DNA of 63,410 nt, filler included, from Dicyema japonicum (taxonomy: Eukaryota; Animalia; Dicyemida), in assembly GCA_011109175.1 (NCBI GenBank). It is 6 parts of 6 records of this genome, joined end to end, with 100 filler letters (N's around TTAATTAATTAA, not from the genome) between each part and the next. Parts side by side here need not be neighbours in the genome. Positions count along the whole stretch, not along the records: positions 46,492 to 54,537 come from RDEW01000025.1; positions 54,638 to 60,959 come from RDEW01000278.1; positions 61,060 to 63,410 come from RDEW01000023.1; 3 more parts are not named here. One strand, written 5' to 3'. Each line of letters opens with the position of its first letter. The stretch's first letter is position 1. This document shows, in pieces, positions 53,791 to 63,410 of this stretch. A program made the translations under genes and the position numbers. A model generated the notes under the pieces. It was not told the DNA's origin. It made no database searches and was given only the letters and a program-made list of their open reading frames with translations.

Positions 53791-54537
53791 CAACTCTCGT
53801 CTCAATTCTTCCACCTAAAAATAACTACAATCACCACCTGATCTTCCAACGCCATCACTTTCCTACGATGGGCCCTCTCCCTCATATCAAACGACCTTGT
53901 ATTCTCCATCTGAGTATTCACCATCCTCTGCACCTCACTCTCACACTCAATGTGCTTCCTGGCTGATATTTCCGCCAATCTTTCTAACACAACCATTCTA
54001 CCTCTTAGAACACGTGTCTTCTGCATCAACTAGCTGCATCTGCGGTTCCTCAACTTGCCGTTGGAGCTCAGTGTTCTCCTTCTCCAGGTTCTTGAATACT
54101 CTGCATTGTTCAATACTGACAGACTGTAGTTTCCCCTCCACGTGCCTCTTTTCGCTTTCCGCCTGCAATCCAAAACGACAATTACTGAACAGAACTGGCG
54201 CTGAATTGCCGATTTTTCCCGCTCAACTGAAAAAAGCGCGTTTTTCAAGCAGTTTCTCTCCTTTTCGCCCTCTTCAAGTAATTCCGTGAGGGATTTGGCC
54301 TGGTTTTCCAGCTTTTCCCTAGCCTCCTCAGAACAGCGGAATTGATAGACATTTGCTAGCTTTTCCCGATCATAATTTTCTGCAGAATCCGTCAAATGTT
54401 GGATTTGACCTTCCAGTTCATACATCTCCTGCTTGCATTCTCGCAATTCGAATCCCACATTGTCTGCTCTGTCGATGATAGCTGAGTTCTCTCGTCTAAG
54501 GACCTCAACCTGAGATCTATGCATTAAATAGTCGATT
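53790..54537 (-). CDS. Unidentified coiled-coil protein fragment (multi-exon, 5' end in linker, 3' end abuts RT remnant)
   Basis: Heptad E/K/R/L-rich ORFs 54030-54524 and 53802-54029, with an embedded micro-intron (gtggtgattgtagttatttttag). Confidence 0.55.
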
Positions 54538-54637
54538 NNNNNNNNNNNNNNNNNNNNNNNNNNNNNNNNNNNNNNNNNNNNTTAATTAATTAANNNNNNN
54601 NNNNNNNNNNNNNNNNNNNNNNNNNNNNNNNNNNNNN

Positions 54638-55441
54638 TTATAAATGAACCACCGAACGAACGAATCAAAAAACGGGCTGCAGTCAGTGGTAACAAATGAA
54701 CGCCGCCAATCAATCTTGATTCCTAGACTAGTCAAATCTTTCTTCCATTCAAGTGGAAAAAATTCGATCCATTTGGCTGGGTCGACGAATTCAGCAATTT
54801 TATAATCCGGTAAATCAACAGCGTCTTTAACTAGCTGCCATTGACTAGCTTTAGCTCCGGCTTTATTAGTTGCTTTGCTCTAAAGTATTAAATTAAAAGC
54901 AACTCTTCGACTTTTCGTTTTCATTTCAAGCTCTTTTTCTGGATCTACAAACAAATCTTTTTTATCAGTGGAAATGTCAAGGTCTTCTAAGTTAATTGAC
55001 AAATCGTTATAATTGTTCAATTCATATGCGAGTTTATCACAGCTAGCCTGAAAAAATAATAATAATAAAAATACTTTAATTGGCATTCCGGTACAATGAA
55101 AACCAAAGGGAAATAGACAATTGTCACCAATCAGTCGACGAAATGCAATTGCGAACTAATTTTTAAAAGTAAAAAATACCTCGCATTTACAAAAGGAGAA
55201 TGTATGTCCAAGGTGGGCTATTCCATTCATGTAAGGGAAAGGAAAGGTTATCATAAATTTACGTTTTCTAATAAAAATAAAAATACATTTAGTAAATTTG
55301 TTGTAAAAAGTATCACTTTGAATCGTTGCACAAGCTTGGAGCATCTGATTGAAAACATTTCATCTCCTCCCATGATAGCTGCATTTCATCTTCTATTGCT
55401 TTAATTGCTTTTAATTTAGTTGTTGATTTTGGGGGGATCAT
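54638..55441 (-). CDS. LARS1: Cytosolic leucyl-tRNA synthetase, 5' part (truncated at linker)
   Basis: [26 protein letters not shown]; [22 protein letters not shown] (HIGH motif); [13 protein letters not shown]; [20 protein letters not shown]. Confidence 0.95.
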
Positions 55442-56632
55442 AATAACGTGATTATAACTAAGCACTAATTTAATTAAAAAAATAGTTTGAAAAATTATTT
55501 AAATTTAATCAAAATAAAGCTTTTAATTAATATAGATTAACGATTTATTTAAGGAAAACAGGAATTTTTTATAGATCAAACAAGTTCAGAGAACAAGACA
55601 CTGTGAATATCAAAAATGGCTAGATAAATCAGTTGGATCAGCTTTGAGGTTTTTGCGGATCGTTTCTTTACATTGATAGTATGAGTAAGGTTTTCCTGTT
55701 TAGGCAGGTCGGTATTTTTGTCGAAGTGGTCGCAGTTTTTTTAGAAGATAATTAAAATTAGATTTTTAAAAAGGCCNAGATAAATCAGTTGGATCAGCTT
55801 TGAGGTTTTTGCGGATCGTTTCTTTACATTGATAGTATGAGTAAGGTTTTCCTGTTTAGGCAGGTCTATGCGACTACTTTCCAGTACATCTTTACCGTGA
55901 TGAGTATGAAAATGAAATAACTTACAAACCCCGATACTTTTGCTTCTTATTATTAATTTTTATATTTAATTATATTTACTATATGAAATTAATATTATCT
56001 GTCAAACTTCGGAGTCCCATTGCATTTGTAGGATCATTGCATTGTTTAATGATATCAAAATGTTTCCAATTCATAGAATGATGTGAACATATTAAAAGAT
56101 AACACAGGAAGAATGTGCATTCTAGCCATTTATTTGTTTTAGCACAAAAAACAGGATCATTGCATTGTTTAATGATATTAAAATGTTTCCAATTCATAGA
56201 ATGATGTGAACATATTAAAAGATAACACAGGAAGAATGTGCATTCTAGCCATTTATTTGTTTTAGCACAAAAAACTTTCTAGATTTATATAGCAGTAAAG
56301 TATAAAATATGGTCGGAGCATTTAATAGTCAAATCTTTCTGTATAAGGCTAACGCTTTGTTTTGTGCGACAACAAACATTTATAATTTTCAAGTTCAGTA
56401 TGATAAATTAATTTTTGAGTTATTAGAATGCAATTAGACTGTCTACTGTAAAATTCGTTTTGAGGAAGGAAAGTTAAATGCATATAAAAATTGTTTCAAA
56501 AAGTCAAAAGGATCAAACATGACTATTTCGGGGCAATAAAACATATATCTTGGAATCAAACTAATAAGTCTCTAATATCAAATATTTTATATCTATATTT
56601 TGAATATGAAAATAAATAATACAAACATAAAT

Positions 56633-57701
56633 TTAGGATCTCAATTTAAATCGATCGAGGAGAAGTTGTTGCGCAAAAGCACTAGAAATTACAACTTCGT
56701 GAGTATAGACAGCTGGAGATAAAATTATTAAAAAAATACAGAAGCCCCTTTTGTAGAAATGTGAGCACAAACTGAGATCGGATTGGCATGTGATAATAAT
56801 CGTTTTATTACTCTCTTCAGGCATTTCAAGGAGGTAATTTCCGCCACAATTCTCGATTATCGGCCTCAGCGCTTGGACGTCAGGGATGACGTTAGGCGTC
56901 ACATGAAATTGAAGGCCCTAAAATAAAAAAAATTCTTACAGCAAAAATTCTCCCACGACTAGGACGATTCATAACCTCTAAAAGAGTAAAACCGACCTCC
57001 TGTTCAGTAGCTGTATCCTTGAGTACATAGTTCTCTTCAGCTGAAAATAAATATTAGAAATACGTGTGAAAAATCCTGCAGAAACCGAGTCTTCAATCCA
57101 TTTCGAAGTGACCACATGCAAACAGTGATTTATGGAGCACAGAAATTTGAGGGAACGACAGAATCTATCGGCAACAATATGAGTACAATAGCCAGTACGA
57201 GAAGGTACTGATCCACCAAGAGATAGTGCCATCTGTATAAATAAGCAAAACCGCTACATTAGTGAGTCGGGGAATCTTAAGCTCATCTATACCAGTGAAG
57301 GTAATGACTACTCGAGGGGTGGTAGCTATTAGTGACTTGGTAAAGTCGAATACACGAGGCATAAGTCCTTTATATTTTTGTTGAATGGGTAATTTGAGAG
57401 CAGAGAGATGGCCCAAAAAAAGATCACTCAGCCATAGTAAATTAACAACTGGGAGAGAGATAGAATTAGCTTTTTCAGTCTTCGGAGAGTTTAAAATGTT
57501 TGAAATGAGAACTGCCGACTGCCCCGTGAGGTTGGGTGAGTATTTTCCTCCCAGTAGATGAATCATATCACGAATAGTAGTCCTTTCAGCTTTGGAGAAA
57601 CCGGAAGTAGTTATTAAAAGTCCCCGGCAGGGATAATAGTCAGAGAAAAGTCGTGGAAAATGAATGGCTTTCCAAGGTGGAGAAAGAGAAGACACGGAGA
57701 G
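56633..57701 (-). CDS. PAXIP1: PAX-interacting protein 1 (PTIP), C-terminal BRCT repeats; 5' part in gap
   Basis: PPWKAIHFP, TSGF...LGGKY, VVNLLWLSDLFLG, CTHIVADRFCRSLKFLCSI, IIENCGG and IITCQSDLSLC are collinear with PTIP BRCT4-6. Confidence 0.85.
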
Positions 57702-58605
57702 NNNNNNNNNNNNNNNNNNNNNNNNNNNNNNNNNNNNNNNNNNNNNNNNNNNNNNNNNNNNNNNNNNNNNNNNNNNNNNNNNNNNNNNNNNNNNNNNNNN
57801 NNNNNNNNNNNNNNNNNNNNNNNNNNNNNNNNNNNNNNNNNNNNNNNNNNNNNNNNNNNNNNNNNNNNNNNNNNNNNNNNNNNNNNNNNNNNNNNNNNNN
57901 NNNNNNNNNNNNNNNNNNNNNNNNNNNNNNNNNNNNNNNNNNNNNNNNNNNNNNNNNNNNNNNNNNNNNNNNNNNNNNNNNNNNNNNNNNNNNNNNNNNN
58001 NNNNNNNNNNNNNNNNNNNNNNNNNNNNNNNNNNNNNNNNNNNNNNNNNNNNNNNNNNNNNNNNNNNNNNNNNNNNNNNNNNNNNNNNNNNNNNNNNNNN
58101 NNNNNNNNNNNNNNNNNNNNNNNNNNNNNNNNNNNNNNNNNNNNNNNNNNNNNNNNNNNNNNNNNNNNNNNNNNNNNNNNNNNNNNNNNNNNNNNNNNNN
58201 NNNNNNNNNNNNNNNNNNNNNNNNNNNNNNNNNNNNNNNNNNNNNNNNNNNNNNNNNNNNNNNNNNNNNNNNNNNNNNNNNNNNNNNNNNNNNNNNNNNN
58301 NNNNNNNNNNNNNNNNNNNNNNNNNNNNNNNNNNNNNNNNNNNNNNNNNNNNNNNNNNNNNNNNNNNNNNNNNNNNNNNNNNNNNNNNNNNNNNNNNNNN
58401 NNNNNNNNNNNNNNNNNNNNNNNNNNNNNNNNNNNNNNNNNNNNNNNNNNNNNNNNNNNNNNNNNNNNNNNNNNNNNNNNNNNNNNNNNNNNNNNNNNNN
58501 NNNNNNNNNNNNNNNNNNNNNNNNNNNNNNNNNNNNNNNNNNNNNNNNNNNNNNNNNNNNNNNNNNNNNNNNNNNNNNNNNNNNNNNNNNNNNNNNNNNN
58601 NNNNT

Positions 58606-59096
58606 TGGAGCCACTGCTTGAGATGAAGGGGGACCCCTACCGTCAAATCTCCGTCTTTCCTTCCATCTGGAAAAAAGACAAAAAAGGCGAATGGCAGGTC
58701 CAGAAGGCTCGGATCTCAGACTTCGTGGCAGCCGTAGTGGAAGTCCTCAATGATGGAAAGCAGTCCATGCGGCGAGGAGCTGGAGCTTTCCGTTCGGCAA
58801 AGAACATGATGATGGCCGCCCGATACCTCAGTCTTCCGGAAACATCCAAGAATGGCCTGGAGGAGGAACTGAGTCGTCATCGGGATTCCGCCAGCATTCG
58901 TGAACCCTATGGGAACATCGGAGTGAATGCGTTGAAGAACTTCTATGGATATCTTGGAACCCCAAGATTCCATATGAATGTTAAAATGATTATTGATCTA
59001 ATCTCTTCCAATGTCCCAGCTGAGGTACAGGTCCCTAGTACTAAGAAATCAGGTGCCAAGCGAGGTGTAGCCGCCAGCTCTCCAGATCCCAAATAA
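58606..59096 (+). CDS. Orphan intronless ORF, 5' end in gap (>160 aa)
   Basis: Uninterrupted frame LEPLLEMKGDPYRQ...SSPDPK*, visibly more GC-rich than its flanks; no family recognised. Confidence 0.5.
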
Positions 59097-59159
59097 TTAG
59101 TTTTTAATTTCCTTCTTTCCTTTGTTGTTGTTGATATTTATGAATTGAATTAGAAGAAT

Positions 59160-59430
59160 TTATTTCAATTGATTACAGTGAAAAAGAGGCTATTGATGAT
59201 GAGAAATTAATTTCTATTGAGGAAAAAGAATCGGGTTGTGTAGAAGTGCATACATCATTAAGCAAGGCTGAAATGCTTTACAAATTAAAAGAGATTGAAA
59301 ATAGCCTTCTAGAAAACATTGAAAATGATGCGGAATTCATTACTTCAATAAAAAGATATAAAGAAAATATTAAAAATTCTAAAGTGAGGCAATTGAGAAT
59401 TGAATATTACTTTAATAAAATGTAATTTTT
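59160..59430 (+). mobile_element. Probable pogo/Tigger transposase C-terminal remnant
   Basis: Acidic stretch ending VRQLRIEYYFNKM*, like the Tigger xQxxIxxYF terminus. Confidence 0.4.
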
Positions 59431-61299
59431 TTTTAATTCCTTGGTTAATAATAATATTTCCAATAAAAATACAATTTATAATAAAATGCGGTCTNGAATT
59501 CATTACTTCAATAAGAAGATATAAAGAAAATATTAAAAATTCTAAAGTGAGGCAATTGAGAATTAAATATTACTTTAATAAAATGTAATTTTTTTAAATT
59601 CCTTGGTTAATAATAATATTTCCAATAAAAATACAATTTATAATAAAATGCGGTTCACACAAGGAGTTTTTAAAAAAAATACGGGAAATTGAATAAATAA
59701 GGATGACAAATAAAAAAAACAGTGTTTAGAAAATTTAAAATATGTAAAAGAGGCAGAATAAAGGAATGAATTCAAAAATATATTACAAAATGATGAACTT
59801 TCAGATAATTTAAACATTAAAAGAAACTACATCATGAAATATTCCTTCTGAATCCAATTACATAAAAAAATAAAATACGACTAAATAATAACAACAGCAC
59901 AACATGAATCAAACGCGTGCTCACACGTGGCATAATCTATTAGGTTTGCCATTAATAATTAAGATAATAATTAAACAATAAGTGATAAAAAATATACCTT
60001 AAATAATTATAAAGATAGGAATTAATTGATTTATTGATTTTTTTATTAAAAAATTATTGACGGTATTAAATCTATTCCACCGTCACAATAAAGCATGTCA
60101 ATTATCGTATGAACTACTTTCCAATAAATAAATATGAATTCTTGACTCGTTTATAAATCCAATATTTTTAGTTCCTTGTGGTTTCGCGAATTTCCGATAG
60201 ATTTGGGAATTTATAATCAACAGCCAAGAATATTTAGAATAATTCCATAATATCGAATCTAAGTCGGATTATATTTCTAAAAAATTGAAAAATATTCAAT
60301 ATATGACATGCCTACCAAAAAAGGACCATTAGAATCTCTTCCCGAGAAAATTCCTCAGCCCATAGAAGTGCTGAAAACCGACTGGCTGCCCGGTGCGGTT
60401 TTGTGTGGGTTCGGTTTTATAGTGGTCTTGGTTAAATAAATGAATAGAAAAAATTCAATAAATTGTGGTCTACCCTTTTTTGTTAAACAAGAAAAAACTA
60501 GTGATAAAATGGAAATATGACAGAAAATAAAATAAATAATTGAAAATCGTTAATTAAAATTGGTCATGTGATAGCACTCACAAAAACATTAAAAATGAAT
60601 AACTCAATTCAAAAAATAAAGCAATCAAAACGTCAAATCAAGAATCGATTTAACTGATTGGATTGTAAAAACATTTCGATAATAGTAAAAATTAATACAT
60701 ATTACAATATTGTGATAAGACAAACTCAGAACTAACAATTAGAGAAATTGAAAGTCCTGAGCCAATATTAATATGCATTAATTAAAAATAATATAAATTA
60801 ATATTTACAAAAATGTGAACAACAAAAAACACGCTGCTCATTATCATGAATAATTAAACATTATTAATATTTTATTGTCGGATTTACCATTTAATAAGTC
60901 AATTTTAATAATATAAATGAATATATAATTTAATAATTAAAATAATATTTTCTTTTTATNNNNNNNNNNNNNNNNNNNNNNNNNNNNNNNNNNNNNNNNN
61001 NNNTTAATTAATTAANNNNNNNNNNNNNNNNNNNNNNNNNNNNNNNNNNNNNNNNNNNNGTTTGATATTCACAGTTTGAGATTGGCAGGGAGTTTTGATA
61101 TGAATATCTTCTGAATGAGGCCGGATTTTCGTGAGAATCCAAGGTGGATAAAGTTAGTCAAGAGAGTTTTTCGTGTTACATTTGGGGAATAAAAATAAAT
61201 AAATATGACGGAAAAAACGGGAAGAAAAGCACGTCAAGAGGCTGGTAAGATTAACTAATATTATATAGCACTGATGATTTACTATGGTGTTGCTCAGTG

Positions 61300-61660
61300 A
61301 TTAGTAGGGAAACCACAAAGTTTACCTAAAAAATCAAAAATTGACCTTCGAAAAGTCACCAAATTTGATCCAAAAAAGAGGAAAGTTGACCAAAGTGTAG
61401 ACCTTAAAAAGAATGTTTTAAAATAATTTTTAAGCAATAATTTGTTTTAGAAACATGAACAAAATTTTCTGAAGAACTAAAAACGAATGCTCCACTGAAC
61501 ACATGGTGGCCTGAAATTGTAGTTGAAACTTTTCCAAAAGCAAAAAAATTCCAACAATAGGTTCTGGAGGTAAACCTATCTCAGCAAGTAGTTGCCTTCG
61601 ACTACTATTTTTCAGAGCAAGTTCTCTTATGGAGGGATTTAAGTTATCCACTACACTGTA
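61300..61660 (-). mobile_element. hAT-like transposase C-terminal remnant
   Basis: QATMCSVEHSFLVLQKIL resembles the SVERSFS dimerisation motif; TTGACC-type subterminal repeats lie nearby. Confidence 0.4.
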
Positions 61661-62644
61661 GTGACTACAGAATAATTTAGTTGTATCAATAAATGTTTAA
61701 AGCTATAGACCGGATGGTACAAAGCAAAAAATATTCAAAAATAAAAAGCAACCCGCAGTCCCATATTTTTAAAAAAATTTTTCAATTAAATTTTTTTATT
61801 TTAGTCTTGTGAAGAAACAAATCAAAAAGAAAATATCTCAATTCTTATAAATAAATGTTAAAAGCTATAGGCCCGATGGCACAATGCAAAAAATGTTCAA
61901 AAATAAAAAGCTTGAACCTGAAGGCCCATATTTTTTAGAAAAATTTTCAATTAAAATTTTTTATTTTAGTCTTGTTAATAAAAATGTTGATTTCTTAAAA
62001 ACTGAACAATTTCTTGCAGTCTACTCTCAACTGTCAACAAACTCAATCAAATAATTATGACTGTAACTTTGTCAAAACGTATCCACGACAAAATATAATT
62101 CTGTGAGATTAACCCCGAACTACTCAAGTCTTGACTCATTGTTCTACATAAGGCAAACAAAATACATTTTTATATGTAACTGGAATTTAACAAAAAGTTT
62201 CATTCGCATTATTTTTGAGCTCGATAACTCAACCACCAAAGTTATGAGCGTCTTTAAAGGCATTCGTTGTTGGGGGAACCCCATGTCTATCTCTCAAATA
62301 AACACGTAAAAAATCCAAGAGTTATTCAAGTAATTGTAAGGAAGGAACAGGAGAAATTAAATTGTTAGGGAATCGATGATCATAGAACTGTAGGTCATTA
62401 AAGGAATAAATAGCGAAAAGAACTCTCGAAAACATGATGATCGACCATAAACCCGGAATCAAAGATATATGAGTACGCCTCTCTGACCAAACTTATAGGA
62501 ACTGGATGCTGTAAAATTTACAGTGTAAATAAATCCCAACGATGGTCAATCTCGGGGCACAGTAGGGTATCCCGTTATATAAAATAATTCTCAAATAAAG
62601 TTAAACTTAAAATAAAATCCACTAATACTCACAAAAATAAAAAA

Positions 62645-63140
62645 TCACTCATTAAAATCAATAAGCCAGGTGACAGACTGGCAAAGCAGTTTCATATCAA
62701 AATGCCTACACATCAACCAGACACTCAAACTTGGCAATTGACGAAAAAACAATCAAAAGACTCATAAACTCCTCATATCCATTCTTCAACTCCATCCCTC
62801 CTGAACACTCACAATGAACAGACAAATTATCTCCCCTTATCTAAATGTCACCAATCACACCAACAGACCATACGACAACTCCCACACTCCAAATCCTGCA
62901 GTTGATATTCCAACAACCTCCTCCTCACAATCGAGACCAGTCTCCCCTCAATGTCCTCCATGTCATAAACTGCCGAACAGTCGGAAGAACTACAAGTCCA
63001 AGCCTTCCTTCCCTCATATTCCACAACGTTCTTATCTCTACACAAATCAACATCTCTCACAAAATGACACCCAGAACAAGTGACCTATCATTTCTCACTC
63101 ACAACTACCTCTGTCAACACAAATGAACGACACCCTTCCA
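62645..63140 (-). CDS. POLE: DNA polymerase epsilon catalytic subunit, last exons (CysA/CysB)
   Basis: Spliced: EGCRSFVLTE|VTCSGCHFVRDVDLCRD...WTCSSSDC...LQDLECGSCRM|IRGDNLSVHCECSG...IAK|HFDMKLLCQSVTWLIDFNE*. Confidence 0.9.
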
Positions 63141-63159
63141 CTTTATTATGTCAAAATAC

Positions 63160-63400
63160 TGAAGTTGATTTTAGTGGGTGGCTAGCCAAGGAAACAATTC
63201 CCCCTGACCCGAAGCAAGTTTGTGCTTACTGCAAATTGTTTTTCAATTAAGGAGAAAAAATGCACCCACTGAAACTAATCAAAAAAGACCTTTGATCACC
63301 TTGCCACTAGGTGCTAGCGGATACTGAAAAGTTCCTATCTGGGACGCAATAGCTATTGTTGTGACCTGGGACAGAAATTGTATCCACTTGAGGTGGAGGA
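63160..63400 (+). mobile_element. R4/Dong-like CCHC region remnant
   Basis: SGWLAK...DHLATRC..ILKSSYL and VVTWD. Confidence 0.6.
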
Positions 63401-63410
63401 TATGTGAAGA

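Noticed and set aside
14235-56275. Two-copy tandem repeats of period about 123-140 bp (14235, 18468, 51795, 56031)
   Set aside because: Similar, read-length-like periods suggest gap-filling artefacts; cannot be supported without reads
9876-59655. Near-identical tandem duplications abutting a single n or short gap (10209, 12155, 17141, 18256, 27904, 50790, 52464, 55777, 59495)
   Set aside because: Typical of unmerged overlapping contig ends or haplotypes
10765-61059. Recurrent TTAATTAATTAA palindrome inside N runs
   Set aside because: Identical 100-nt artificial scaffold linker, not biological

Overview
AT-rich eukaryotic, most likely animal, genomic DNA read in the standard code. Its GT-AG introns are mostly only 22-27 nt, which fragments the ORF track. 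That intron size plus metazoan-type genes (PAXIP1, BRI3-like, MBLAC1) suggests a reduced parasite such as a dicyemid or myxozoan (inference). Manual splicing recovers PSMD1/Rpn2, MBLAC1, UQCRH, a cytosolic Hsp70 with an apparent 1-nt frameshift, the 5' part of LARS1, the 3' parts of PAXIP1 and POLE, two inverted BRI3-like paralogs, a coiled-coil gene fragment, and a degenerate GH18 chitinase-CBM14-GPI gene missing from the ORF track. The rest is a patchwork of TE remnants: CRE, R4/Dong-like, RTE and other LINEs, a tRNA-SINE family, pogo/Tigger, Buster-hAT, Ginger-like integrase, a DD35E Tc1/IS630-type element with tandem-repeat TIRs, and a MITE. Five 100-nt N/TTAATTAATTAA/N linkers and many single-n duplications are assembly artefacts, so adjacency across them is unreliable. 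I cannot demonstrate a new biological system. The best leads are the micro-intron architecture, the asymmetrically diverged BRI3-like pair, the GPI chitinase relic, an orphan intronless ORF and a candidate structured RNA. All calls are by eye; no database searches were run.
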